Source: Octopus bimaculoides (Eukaryota). From it: a stretch of DNA of 64,000 bases. Positions 38,658 to 48,419 of this stretch are shown here, piece by piece. The stretch covers positions 18,567,136 to 18,631,135 of the forward strand of contig NC_068984.1 of assembly GCF_001194135.2 (NCBI RefSeq), in the 5' to 3' direction. The position numbers and the translations under genes were made by a program. The notes below the pieces were generated by a model. It was not told the origin of the DNA, did no database searches, and was given only the letters and a program-made list of their open reading frames with translations. Position 1 is the first letter of the stretch; each line of letters starts with the position of its first letter.

Positions 38658-41600
38658 CTAACTAGCATTCCATCAGTTACAATAACAAGGGTTCCAATTA
38701 AATCCAATCAACAGAACAGCCTCTTTTACTCTTTTACTTGTTTCAGTCATTTAACTGTGGCCATGCTGGAGCACTGCCTTTAGTCGAGCAAATCGACCCC
38801 AGGACTTATTCNNNNNNNNNNNNNNNNNNNNNNNNNNNNNNNNNNNNNNNNNNNNNNNNNNNNNNNNNNNNNNNNNNNNNNNNNNNNNNNNNNNNNNNNN
38901 NNNNNNNNNNNNNNNNNNNNNNNNNNNNNNNNNNNNNNNNNNNNNNNNNNNNNNNNNNNNNNNNNNNNNNNNNNNNNNNNNNNNNNNNNNNNNNNNNNNN
39001 NNNNNNNNNNNNNNNNNNNNNNNNNNNNNNNNNNNNNNNNNNNNNNATATATATATATATACACACGACGGGCTTCTTTCAGTTTCCGTCTGCCAAATCC
39101 ACTCACAAGGCTTTGGTCAGCCCGAGGCTATAGTAGAAGACACTTGCCCAAGGTGCCACACAGTGGGACTGAACCTGGAACCATGTGGTTTGTAAGCAAG
39201 CTACTAACCACACACCCACTCCTATTATTAAATTGAGAAACGAAGGAGGGTGGGTGGCAGGAAAAGCATGGATAAACAAACATTTAATGGTAATTGTAGG
39301 TTTGTTAAATAATTTAATGAATTTGGCCAAATTTATAAGCACCCATATTTATCTTTTCTTTTAATGCTTTTAGTGTATTGGCCTGACTCTCTGTCAGTTA
39401 CGACAACAAGTGTTCCAATTTATTTGATCAAAGGAACAGCCTACTCATGAAATTAATGAGCAACTGGTTGGGCATTACATACACACACACGCATACCCTT
39501 AGCCTAGTTCTATATTAACCCTCTGAGCTTGAGTTTCACTGAGCAATCTCTTAAACCATTGTAAATTAATATTATCTTCAATAATGTAGTTTCATTTTTA
39601 TAATATTCAACTTTTATATTTTTACATATATCAGTAAGACCATGCCAAATTGGATAAGAGGTCTGACTAAATCAAGCTTACAGTTTGAAAACAGACACAG
39701 AAGTAAAACCATGCTAGGACAGGCACAGAAGTGTGGTGCAGGCTCCTGCCTGGCCAGCTCCGGTCAAACCATCCAACCCATGCCAGCATGGTGCTGGTAT
39801 GGCCTGCGGTTAAGAACTTTGCTTTGCAGCCATATGGTTTCAGGTTCAGTCCCACTGGAGTGTGTATGTATGCATTCATGCATGTATGTATGTCTGCACA
39901 TGAGTATGAATTGCCTTGACACCACATGTTAATTGTAAACAAATTTCATCATCATAGAAGCAGTATCATTTGTTTGCTGGGAGAAAATATTAGCTTACTC
40001 GGAAACAGATAAGTGATGGTGACTGGAAGAGCATTCAGCTGTAGAAAAATCTGCCTCAACACGTCATCTGACCCATATCAGCATAGAAGAGTAGATGCTA
40101 ATAATTATGATGAGACTTAATTTAACATTCCAAATATTCTGTTGTACTTTTAGAGAATTAATGTTGATTATAACATTTCAAACTGTAAGCTTGATTTATT
40201 CAAACCTCTTGTCCAATTTTACATAGTTCCACCATGTTAATTGAAAATAATTATTTTAGTTTGCCCTGTGGAGTTTTAATTGCAATTAACTTTCAATTAA
40301 CCTAGGCTTTCATTTATGAAGTGTATTATAGTGACTGACGGCTATCTGATAGAATACAGAAAACTATTTTAAAACATTACTTTACAATTCTATAAGTTTT
40401 TACTTATGCTTCATGTAAAGTAGTTGAACCTTAATGGTTAGGGGTGATGTACTCATGATCGTAAGAGTGTGGTTTCAATTCCTGGACCAGGTGATACATT
40501 GTGTTCTTGAGGAAAATACTTCATTTCATGTTGCTCCAGTCCACTCAGCTGGTAAAAATGAGTGATCTTGTGATGGACCAGCATTCCATCCAGGTGGGGA
40601 ATTTATATGCCATGGAAACTTGGAACCTGACCCAAAATGCTTCTTATGAAGTAATGTGGATTAAACTTCATGTAAAGTAATAAGTAGTAGTTAGATGTAC
40701 AAATATATACATTTGGATAAACAGACATAAAAGTACTCAATACATATCATGTGACTTTTATGTTCTTTTGAATCTGATTCTATCCATCATTGCTGCAAAT
40801 TTCTCATTTATGGCCATTCATTGATCTCTTCCTATGGACACATTATCATCGTTTTAACATCCACTTTTCTGTTTGTATGAGTCTGATGGAACTTTGTTGA
40901 GGCAGAATTTTTCCTATGGTTGGACATCCTTTCTGTGAAATTTTTCTCCAAGTCTATCAAACAATGAACAACCCAGACATACTTTCACAGAGGATTATAA
41001 ACACATAACTCGGTGATACAATAACATTTACCTACAACCAGTATACACATGTCAAAACACGACGATTTCTTTCACAAAGTATTGGTCAAAGGATGATTAT
41101 AGTCCAAGACACCAGCTGACAATATCCACATTATGGGAACAAATCCTCGGCGTTGTGGTTCCATATTGAACATAACCACACACTCATGCCTGCGCTTATG
41201 CATACATGCATGCACATATGTATGTATGTGTATGTGTGTGTGTTTATGTATCGCCTTCCTGGCACTTGCGCCGGTGGCATGTGAAAAGACATTCGAGCGA
41301 GATCATTGCCAGTGCCGCTGGACTGGCTCCTGTGCAGGTGGCACATAAAAAACACCATTTTGAGCGTGGCCGTTGCCAGTACCGCCTGACTGGCCTTCGT
41401 GCCGGTAGCACGTAAAAGCACCCACTACACCCTCGTAGTGGTTGGCATTAGGAAGGGCATCCAGCTGTAGAAACTCTGCCGGATCAGATTGGAACCTGGT
41501 GTAGCCACTTGGTTCACCAGTCCTCACTCAAATCATCCAACCCATGCTAGCATGGAAAGTGGACGTTAAACGATGAGGTACAGGTGTGATTGGCACCTCA

Positions 41601-44600
41601 AAGCCATGGGCTCACCAAGGCCTGTGGTTGGATCTGGCAGATGGAAACTGAAAAAATCCTGTTGTGTGTGTATAGGCACAGGTGTGGCTGTGTGGTAAGA
41701 AGCCTGCTTCCCAACCACGTGGTTCTAGGTTCAGTCCTACAGCATGGCACCTTGGACAAGTATCTTCTACTATTGCCTCAGGCCAACCAAAGCCTTGTGA
41801 GTAGATTTGGTAGACAAGAACTGAAAGAAGCCCATTGTGTGTGTCTTTGTGTTTGTGTCTGTTCCCCCACTACACTTGACAAATGGTGTTGGTGTGTTTA
41901 CATTCCCCATAACTTAGCGCTTCAACAAAGAGATCAATAGAATAAGAACCATGCTTAAAATAAACAGTAAATACTAGGGTCAATTCACTCAACTAAAACG
42001 TCAAGGTGGTGCCCCAGCATGGCCACAGTCTAATAATTAAACAAGTGAAAGAAGATGTATGTGTGTATACATGTATCATATACATATGTGTATGTGTCAT
42101 GACTATCCATATGTTTTTTTTATACCAGTGGCTACATTGTCCAATGTACTTGTCATTGTTTAGGATAATAGTGTGCAGTTTGGCTGCTGTTTCTTGCATG
42201 TTAAGTGACGAAGCAAGGAATCCCTCTTTGTAGATCTGAGCAAACAATCTTGTACATTGTTACAAAACTTGCTAGAAATGGAAGCCAAATTTACCTCTAA
42301 TTACCATTCAACCTCAATACTTGACACAAAGACTCCTCTCTCCATACTGACACTGTCATTATGTCAAGGGGTTTTTGTCTTGCAAGTTATTCGGTGACCT
42401 CACTAGTGTTGGTGCCATGAAGAAAGCACCCAGTACAAAGTGGCTATCCTGGAGCTAAATGACAACCATTGTCTGGTACTATGCAATTAATGTAGAATTG
42501 GTAGTCTACATTATCTTAATATGATTCCAGATTTTTTCATTCGTTCAAGATCATTTTACTATTTTACTGATTTTATTTTGGCCATGCTAGAGCACAACAT
42601 TTAAAAGTTTTTGTTGGTTATTTCAGCCACAGTGTTTAGGCTTGTTCATATTTTATCAAATCACAAAGTTCACTTAAGTTTTGAGTCAGATCTCTTTTGG
42701 GGAGTTACATCCCTTGAGAACATAAATGCCATAAGTTATTACTACTGTCCAACACACCAATTTTATACAGAACTGTGTGTGTGTGTGTGTATACACACAT
42801 ACACATATTTATGAAGAAGGCAAGTGGCCTAGTTGTTAGGCTGTTTCACTCACAATTGCATGATCATGGTTTCAGTTCTCAGACCATGTGGTGCTTTGTG
42901 CTTTTGAGAAAAATACTTCACTTCACATTGCTCCTGTCCATTCAGCTGTAAACAAATAACCATCCAATGGATCGGTGTCCTGTTGAGTGAGTATTATTGT
43001 GATCTCAGTCACTTTACACGCACCAAGAAAAACAGGTAGTCAGCCATACGAGTCCTAAGACTCAAGACAGTAATGCCCAGGGGTTGATTGTATGTATGTA
43101 TGTTTCTTTGTATGTATGTTATTGTTTAGTTTTATTTCAAGGTTTCTTGCCAATAGAGAAAGAACCAGTTTCTGACCTAGATCCAAGGCTCCCTCATTGG
43201 AATTTCAACATCAACAACAGAGTATTTTTGTGTTTGTTTGTTTGTTTGTATGTATGTATGTATGTGCAGATTTGTATGTTTTATGTATGTATTCTCATGC
43301 ATATAGTTGCATATCTAGACATGCTTGTATATATATTTAAATGATAAACTTCTGGAAAGTTTTACAGATTTTTACAGATCCAGTGATGGATTCAATCTGT
43401 AGTCTTCAAAGTAGCTTTCTCCTTTCCGGTTTTGAGAAGCTTAATTTCTCAAGATTGGTATTTAGGCAGTGTGTTACATATCCCAGGGCCCCAATAATTA
43501 CAGGTATAAACCTGTACTTGTAATCTGGATAGAATAACTGCAGATTTCTCAATAGTTCATCATAGGTGTTCTCTTTTTCACTGATCTTCAGCTTTATGTC
43601 AACATCCACTATGGAGCTAATTTCCACAACTGTGCACAGTTTCTCTTCTCTATCCCAAATCAATATATCAGGTCTGTTGTTCTTATATTTAATTGAGGTC
43701 TTCACTAGGACATTCCACTAGTATTCTTTTTTATTATGAGTGGCTATGGCTTCTATGTATGTATGTTTATATGTATGTATGTATCTCCTCTACAGTTAAC
43801 CCCCTGTTCTTGTCCCCTCTAAGTTACTTTAGCCTCAATGCCTGGTACAAAGCCTCCTCTCTCCATACTGCACCCTCATCATGTCAAGGGATTTTGTTTT
43901 GCAAGTTACTTGGTGACCTCACTTGTAGAGAATGTAATGTAATTGGTGTTAGGAAGTGCTCCCAGCTATAGAAACCTTATCAAAGCAGATACTGGAGTCC
44001 AATGCAATACTGGCTCATTGGATCCTTTCAAACCATCCCACCCATATCAACATGGATTATGGACATAAAATGATGATAACACACACACATACATACATAC
44101 ATATATGCATGCATGCTCACTCACTCACTCACACACACACACAAAGTCTGATCACAAAGGATCATGGCTAGTACAATAAAAAGAAAATAAGAACAGCTGA
44201 GCTCCCTTTGAGTGTTGGGCCCTCACGGAGGCAATGACCAAGACCTTTGGCGTTATGTTGTGCTTGAGAAGAAGACCCATCAAACCTAGCAAAATCACAT
44301 CAGGCAAATTGGCACCCATGCCAGTAGCATGTAAACGCACCCTGGTGTCACACAAATGGCATCTGTGCCAGTGGCACATAAAAGCATCCATTACACTCTC
44401 GGAGTAGTTAGCATTAAGAAGGGCATCTAGCCGTAGAAAATTATGCCAAATCAGACTGGAGTCTGGTGCAGCCTTCCAGCATGCCAGCCCAACCAAACTA
44501 TCCCACCCATGCCAGCATGGCCAACAGACATTAAAAGATGATGATGATATCAATTCAGCCTTTAATCTCCTTTGAAGTAGTCCTCTTCTAAAGCCACACA

Positions 44601-46955
44601 CTTTATCCAGCATCATATCCATTGATGGAAGCATTCTTGGAACTCCTTTTTCTGGGATAGCAAGCAGCTTCCTTGTTGCACTCCTTGATGTCTTGAAATC
44701 TCGTTGACAGTGGGTCTACTACTGTGAAGACTGAGCATTGGTTTTGGGGTCATAGCTATAGATCCACAATTCAACACAATCAAAATCTTTTGTGGAATGG
44801 ACACACAAGTGACAAAATATTAACCATTTCTTCAAAAAAAAAATGATTTTAAGAAGCTGCAAAAATCAATGTTGTTGTTTGTTCCTTCTCAAGCCATGCT
44901 TGGTTCAGAAGGGCCGGTTTTCCCGGTTTCATTGGCGTATAGGTTCCCCACCTGGACGGGACGCCAGTCCATTGCAGGTGAGATGCTAGATGCAGGAGGA
45001 AAGAGTGAAAGAAAGTTATGGTGAAAGAGTCAGCAGAAGTTCACCATTACCTTCTGCCGGAGCCGTGCAGAGCTTAGATGTTTCACTCATAAACACACAA
45101 ATCACCTGGTCTGAGATTCGAACCCATGATCCCTCGAACATGAGTCCGCTGCTCTAACCTCTAGGCCATGTGCCTCCACTAAAAATCAATGTACTGGAAC
45201 TTATTCATTTGAGTTTATTTCATTTACTGTTAAGACTCACATTGATGAAGACTCTTCAGTTTCTTGTATCAGTAAACTATATGCAGGAAATGTATCTCCC
45301 ATCACATCAAAATCTCTCTTTCTTTTTCCTTTTCTCTCTCTCTCTCTCTCTCTCTCCAACCCCACTATCCTCACAGCTCAGCTCTCATATGCTTCTTCCT
45401 TGTATTATATCATAAACTCTGTTATCTTTCCCCCACTCTCTGTTTCATATTCTTCTGCTAACATTTCCCTGTTGTTTCTCTATTTTCTGAAGGTGGAGAA
45501 GACAGTATGAGTTTATGTTCGTTTGGAAGCCGTGCTGACCTGGACCGTCTCCATGAAGGCCCACTACCCACTTGGATCCAACAAGGAGAAGGTGTAATCG
45601 TCACGTCCTCTAAGGGATACTCTAAACCTGGAGTTGTTCAGTTTATTGGCACTGTTCACTTTGCTAGTGGAATCTGGATTGGAGTTGAACTAGACAATCC
45701 TGAAGGCATGTTAAATCTATTTATTTGTTGTATTGTATAAGTTTAAATGCTTTGCATTGCAAAAATTAGAATTTTTGAAATTTTTTCAGCTTTATATTAT
45801 TTCGTAAGAGACAAGGTGAATGGTTAAGAAGTGCAGTTTTAAGTTCAATCCCACTACATGTCACCTTGGGCATATGTCTTCTACTATAGCCTCAGGCCAA
45901 CCAATACCTTTTGAGTGAATTTGGTTGATGAAAGCCCACTATGTGTGTGTGTGTGTGCAAGTGCATGTGTGTGAATGCTTCCATCCTACATGAATTGCAT
46001 GAAGAAGCACTGAGCTACATGTAGTAAAGTTTGTTGTCATTTCTCTGCCAGCAAATTATGTTCCAGTTCTGCACTTTTAAAAAACAGGTGAGGGCATCTG
46101 ATTGTTAAACAATGTTTTGTGTCTGACCCATGCCAGCATGGTAAAACAGACATAAAAACAAACCAACAAAGTACAATTGCTGTTGTTTAGTTCAGCATCA
46201 TCCCTCATTGAGCACGCTTGTGCTCTAAAGCATTCCAATTATGACCATCTCATCACCTTAGGAGTTTCTTTCTAAGACTCCATTGTCTGATACAATCCCA
46301 TTTTGTTTAAGATGGTAGGGGTTGGTTTGTGAGAGATTTAGCTGCTAATTTTAGCAAATCAAGGGACAACACAGAGACTCCCTTTGATAACAGAACTGAG
46401 ACATTGGGTGACATTAAGTGATGTACTGTTTGGATATTTTCGTGTCCCATGACTGATTCAACTGGAATGAAAACAGTTAACTCCATTATTGATTTTCATT
46501 CTAATCATTGTACCAGTAATTAACTCGTCCTTCAATTTGTGTGTTTTTCCATAAAAATTTCTTTTTTATCTATAGCTTTTTTTTTCTTTTTTTTTGTTCT
46601 AGGTAAAAACGATGGCTCAGTCAATGGTTCTCGTTATTTCAAGTGTCGTTCAAAACATGGAATTTTCGTGCGACATGATAAACTAATCTGGGACAAACGG
46701 CGTCGTAGCACAAAAAAAAATCAGTCAGGTTTGAGCAGCTACCATGCTAGCAACCGACGAAGTCTCGGCAGCTTAACAGCTGTCACTGGTTCCATTCCAC
46801 TGTCACGTTCCAGCTCAAATCTTTCTGCTGCTGCTGTTGCTGTCTCAGTTGGTACTGGCAATGGAACCACATCTTCATCTTTGTCATCTACGGCTGGCAC
46901 ATCGCCATCTTCGTTCATGCGGCCAACTTCTGCAAGTTCTGCCAAGCGAAAATAA
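11329..46955 (+). CDS. KIF13B: Kinesin-3 family KIF13A/B (Khc-73-like) gene, 3' portion, multi-exon, C-terminal CAP-Gly domain
   Basis: Five exons join in frame with AG acceptors and GT/GC donors: ..RPNFLNL.. / ..KAVKPLRTLQEE.. / ..MTSSGYGSQAVSTLTLSSEDSVSIRS.. / ..SFGSRADL..GVVQFIGTVHFASGIWIGVELDNPE / GKNDGSVNGSRYFKCRSKHGIFVR..stop. A single terminal CAP-Gly after a long Ser-rich linker with the MTSSGYGSQAVS block matches KIF13B/Khc-73 as I recall them. The motor domain is not in the window. Confidence 0.85.
12140..12500. repeat. Compound (TA/TG/CA)n low-complexity microsatellite
   Basis: Direct reading; source of the Y/I/C/V/H-rich pseudo-ORFs at 12143-12738. Confidence 0.9.
13450..13655 (-). 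mobile_element. SINE, family C
   Basis: (CAT)n tail followed by catgggttggatggtt..ctggatgctcttc. Confidence 0.65.
14066..14420 (-). mobile_element. SINE, family C with internal tandem units
   Basis: (CAT)n tail, shared core, and repeated ctggcaatgaccacgctc units. Confidence 0.8.
14870..15600 (+). mobile_element. Long family C element ending in gacgttaaac(gat)n
   Basis: Same core as the other family C copies, plus a 5' extension with a duplicated ccttcattggacactaaa..gaagacc segment. Confidence 0.8.
16986..17065. repeat. (CT)n microsatellite
   Basis: Direct reading. Confidence 0.9.
18753..19158. mobile_element. Fold-back element of about 400 bp (near-perfect inverted repeat), probably a non-autonomous DNA transposon
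   Basis: Arms pair end to end (tagtggggtaggccggtttatgg / ccataaaccagcctactctacta; gctcataaggggtttag / ctaaaccccttatgagc) around a loop of about 9 nt at 18941-18949. Confidence 0.8.
21292..21512. mobile_element. TTAA-flanked piggyBac-type MITE, family 2, degraded
   Basis: Shares tttcaattaattttgaaaa..tttagtaaaataa..gtgtttggaa..ttttgatggaagg with the copies at 34568, 58803 and 61679; ends gggttaa. Confidence 0.65.
22986..23095. repeat. (TG)n-(TATG)n-(TA)n compound microsatellite
   Basis: Direct reading; about 150 nt upstream of the 23242 acceptor. Confidence 0.9.
23242..23310 (+). CDS. KIF13B: Candidate alternative KIF13 exon (69 nt, phase 1-1) with in-frame TGA at 23307-23309: YISFDNMIETNGRTSPPQFAG*
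   Basis: Acceptor tttgcctgctttgtcttgctag, strong donor GAG|gtaaga. Only the phase-1 frame stays open, for 21 codons. Confidence 0.6.
23935..23966 (+). CDS. KIF13B: Candidate alternative terminal KIF13 exon: LHECITSNH*
   Basis: Acceptor ttttgtttctttgcttctaacag; phase-1 frame ends at TAA 23964-23966; no good donor follows; AATAAA at 24221-24226. Confidence 0.45.
24221..24226 (+). promoter_or_regulatory. Candidate intronic polyadenylation signal for a short KIF13 isoform
   Basis: AATAAA about 255 nt after the stop of the candidate terminal exon at 23935. Confidence 0.3.
24407..24454 (+). CDS. KIF13B: Candidate KIF13 cassette exon (48 nt, phase 1-1), ALLGQLGQWISKPPE
   Basis: Acceptor tttgttatcacag, donor AAC|gtgagt, open frame, GC-richer than its flanks. 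Confidence 0.7.
25540..25825 (+). mobile_element. RLE-type non-LTR retrotransposon (R4/Dong-like) endonuclease remnant
   Basis: Reads TDHAIETRR..CKVIDFAIPYDNRVDKKEIEKLEKYQDL..LQKSAILYSAKILRKIL with disruptions. Confidence 0.7.
25990..27870 (-). mobile_element. Highly degraded CR1/L2/jockey-group LINE reverse transcriptase remnant
   Basis: Strand-biased block with fragments such as KLLSDRL (cf. LLSDxQYGFR); many stops; boundaries approximate. Confidence 0.45.
28645..28790 (-). mobile_element. SINE, family C fragment
   Basis: ggcatggtttctacagctggatgccc core. Confidence 0.6.
28960..29450 (-). mobile_element. Degraded LINE (L2/CR1/jockey-like) fragment
   Basis: Reverse strand reads ..HSTVWYPH.., resembling EYxSxVWxPH. 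Weak. Confidence 0.35.
29490..29720 (-). mobile_element. RTE-like LINE 3' fragment
   Basis: Similar to 31960-32100 (cactgt.catatac.tcacatataga). Confidence 0.45.
29765..29900 (+). mobile_element. SINE, family C fragment
   Basis: tggttggcattgggaaggacatccagc..ccaacccatgccagcatgg core. Confidence 0.65.
31950..32960 (-). mobile_element. RTE-clade LINE reverse transcriptase remnant
   Basis: Reverse strand reads EDLILMGEYVEELH*FQTLKHELELKDLKISMVKTRT, matching the RTE ADDLVLxAESxEEL..GLKxNxxKTKV region. Confidence 0.65.
33385..33570 (-). mobile_element. SINE, family C
   Basis: catcatcattgtttaacatcc..ccatgctggcat..ctggatgcccttcctaacaccaaccactcc. Confidence 0.8.
34022..34140 (+). CDS. KIF13B: KIF13 internal exon (119 nt, phase 1-0), TPKSTISPHASKAVKPLRTLQEEQQQRERKPLLQQDTEE
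   Basis: Acceptor ttccactttag, donor GAG|gtaaac. Joins in frame to the exon at 36015. Confidence 0.8.
34568..34789. mobile_element. TTAA-flanked piggyBac-type MITE, family 2
   Basis: TTAA at 34564-34567 and 34790-34793; body shared with three other copies. Confidence 0.7.
35398..35617. mobile_element. TTAA-flanked piggyBac-type MITE, family 1 (220 bp)
   Basis: TTAA|ccctttagtgtt ... aacactaaaggg|TTAA: perfect 12-bp terminal inverted repeats with a TTAA target-site duplication. Confidence 0.85.
36015..37383 (+). CDS. KIF13B: KIF13 large exon (1369 nt, phase 0-1), Ser/Asp/Asn-rich disordered tail
   Basis: 468-aa ORF in the track; acceptor tcttatattctcag|GAT; donor TCAG|gtatgt; contains MTSSGYGSQAVSTLTLSSEDSVSIRSINLDE. 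Confidence 0.9.
37661..37792. repeat. (CA)n followed by (CT)n compound microsatellite
   Basis: Direct reading. Confidence 0.95.
38401..38560 (+). mobile_element. tRNA-derived SINE, family A, 5' half, followed by (TA)n(CA)n
   Basis: tgtgtggttaagaagcttgcttccc..ttcaattccactgc..ggcaccttgggcaag..gaccaaagccttgtga..gatggaaactgaaag. Confidence 0.8.
38735..39215 (-). mobile_element. Family A SINE spanning the assembly gap 38812-39046
   Basis: 3' end (ccatgctggagcactgcc) lies left of the gap and the head (gggactgaacctggaaccatgtgg) right of it, in the same orientation. Confidence 0.75.
38812..39046. other. Assembly gap
   Basis: Run of N. Confidence 1.
40428..40640 (+). mobile_element. tRNA-derived SINE, family E
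   Basis: ttaatggttaggg..ggtttcaattcctggacc..gtgttcttgagg..ttgctccagtccactcagctg..gatggaccagcattccatccagg. Confidence 0.7.
41250..41577 (+). mobile_element. SINE, family C, well preserved, with internal tandem units
   Basis: Close match to 15290-15600; ends gacgttaaacgatg. Confidence 0.85.
41668..42050 (+). mobile_element. Family A SINE, near full length
   Basis: ggtgtggctgtgtggtaaga head through gatcaatagaataag..ggtggtgccccagcatggcc tail. Confidence 0.8.
42815..43080 (+). mobile_element. SINE, family E, degraded
   Basis: gtggcctagttgttagg..ggtttcagttctcagacc..cttttgagaaaaatacttcacttcacattgctc. Confidence 0.55.
43341..43740 (-). mobile_element. RLE-type non-LTR retrotransposon (R4/Dong/NeSL-like) C-terminal endonuclease fragment with (TACA)n tail
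   Basis: ORF 43406-43705: NNRPDILIWDREEKLCTVVEIS..EKENTYDELL..FIPVIIGALG is a PD-(D/E)xK RLE motif; a premature stop precedes RLQIESITGSVKICKTF. Confidence 0.85.
44180..44548 (+). mobile_element. SINE, family C
   Basis: gcattaagaagggcatctagc..ccaacc..ccatgccagcatgg..gacattaaaagatgatgatgat. Confidence 0.7.
44560..44800 (-). mobile_element. Internally deleted mariner transposase remnant
   Basis: Reverse strand gives WIYSYDPKTNAQSSQ (cf. WVYxYDPETKxQSSQW) fused to IP..EFQECFHQWI*CWIKCVALEEDYFKG (cf. terminal WxKCVxxxGxYFEG). Confidence 0.7.
44878..45180 (-). mobile_element. tRNA-derived SINE, family D
   Basis: Paralog of 6005-6305 (gggccggtttt.ccggtttc..ggacgggacgccagtccattgcag). Confidence 0.8.
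45493..45705 (+). CDS. KIF13B: KIF13 exon encoding the N-terminal half of the CAP-Gly domain (phase 1-1)
   Basis: Acceptor tattttctgaag; GEDSMSLCSFGSRADL..GVVQFIGTVHFASGIWIGVELDNPE; the donor must be GAAG|gcatgt (GC) to reach GKNDG in frame. Confidence 0.9.
45810..46160 (+). mobile_element. Degraded family A SINE inside the GC-AG intron
   Basis: gttcaatcccactacatgtcaccttgggca..cttctactatagcctcaggcc. Confidence 0.55.
46603..46955 (+). CDS. KIF13B: KIF13 terminal coding exon: rest of CAP-Gly plus Ser-rich tail
   Basis: Long poly-T tract then ctag|GT AAA AAC GAT GGC; KNDGSVNGSRYFKCRSKHGIFVRHDKL is the CAP-Gly signature; TAA at 46953-46955. Confidence 0.92.
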
Positions 46956-47079
46956 CCATCTTCTTCCCTGTTTTATTCGGCTCCTCCCCATTTCACCTTT
47001 GTCTAACTTACCCAGCTCTTTATATTATACAAATATAACATGTCTGTCACCATCAAAGTGTGCCATAATGCTATTTAAA

Positions 47080-47175
47080 AACTACCAAACAACCAACCAA
47101 CCAACCAACCAACAACCATGCCAGCAGCAATGATGATGATGATGACGACGATGACAACGACGACAACAACAACAT
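47080..47175. repeat. (AACC)n/(GAT)n/(GAC)n/(AAC)n microsatellite in the KIF13 3' UTR
   Basis: Direct reading. Confidence 0.85.
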
Positions 47176-47413
47176 CTGCAACTACAGTGATTGTTATTTC
47201 AATTGTGTTTACTCTCACACCTGATGAGTGAGGTAAATGACAGCAAATAACTTGATTGTCGGGATTTTAGAATGATTTATATTATTACATGGGGAGGTTG
47301 CATTGATCGCAGGAAGGAAGGTAATATTGCCTCTCCCTTGCTCACTTCTCTGCTCTTGGCTTTAGAAGAAGTGAAAGATATGGACCAAATAACTTAAATT
47401 AGCAGACACGCTT

Positions 47414-47448
<35 letters not shown>

Positions 47449-47692
47449 CTTTCACTCAAATGATTATGCTCTTTCTAATTTTTTTTCCCCAATATTTATT
47501 TTTTAAATTAGATTCATCAGGTGGCTCTGTTATTGTTGTTGTTAATATTGCTGTTTTTCTTCCCACTGGGCTCTTTATCTCCCTTCACATAATCATCATA
47601 GAAGGCTAATCATACAATGTGATTCTATTAATTCCCTTTCCAAAGAGAGTGTTTTCGTTTGTTTTTTTTTTTCTGTTGTTGTTGCTGTTTTA

Positions 47693-47790
47693 TTATCATT
47701 ATTATTACTATTATTATTATTATTATCATTATTATTATTATTATTATCAATATTTAAAATATATCATTATTACTATTATTATTATTATTG
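47693..47790. repeat. (ATT)n microsatellite
   Basis: Direct reading. Confidence 0.9.
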
Positions 47791-48413
47791 AGTTCTTGCT
47801 TTCATGTGCAGGAGCAAAGGGCCTTCCCTGAACCTTACCCTTATCACACAATTCTAACTTATCTTTTGAATTATTTACATGGGGGTATGGAAATTATGAA
47901 GGAAAGGAGGGGGGACATATTATTTTGAGTACATTGGCATGAATGTATGTGTGTTTCATTTTAATATACTAACACTATAAAACAGTAAAAGAACTGTCAT
48001 TGTTGATGAAAAAACAATTTCTTTTGTTTTAGTTAACTGAAGTGGAAAAGCAAAACACGTTAGAAATTTAGCTTTTTTTGTTTCGTCTTGTTTTGTTTTT
48101 TTCCGCCCTTTGTTTCATTTTCGTTACAGATATTTCATAATGTTATTGAGCTTATTCTATACGTAGGCTTGCTCCCATCCCGATTCTTATGTTTTCATAA
48201 CTGTTTTTTTTTTTCACCCTTTCATATTCTCGTTACTTTTTAAGCTTACCCCACAAAAAACAAATCTTGGACTCAGTTGTACAGCTGGCCAAGTCCGGAT
48301 GGTTGTACAACTGCAGAAGACATATCATTTTGCTCATATATATATATATCTATGTATATGCTGATTTGTAATATTTAGCAGCTAGTCACGTTTTTGTTTG
48401 TTTTGTTTTTTTT

Positions 48414-48419
48414 AATAAA
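48414..48419 (+). promoter_or_regulatory. Candidate polyadenylation signal of the long KIF13 transcript
   Basis: First AATAAA I noticed after the stop codon, at the end of a SINE-free stretch. Later signals are possible. Confidence 0.35.

Noticed and set aside
38738-39133. ORFs spanning N runs (also 52083-52565)
   Set aside because: Artefacts of assembly gaps.
46783-46800. SxIP EB-binding motif (TGSIP)
   Set aside because: The residue three before Pro is Gly, so it is not a canonical S/T-x-I-P.
45493-46955. CAP-Gly gene as CLIP1, dynactin p150 or tubulin cofactor B
   Set aside because: CLIP1 and p150 have N-terminal CAP-Gly domains followed by coiled coil, and TBCB is short. Here a single C-terminal domain follows a KIF13-type linker.
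47220-47230. CTGATGAG hammerhead ribozyme core
   Set aside because: No matching GAAA and no three-stem architecture nearby; it is only the loop of a small hairpin.
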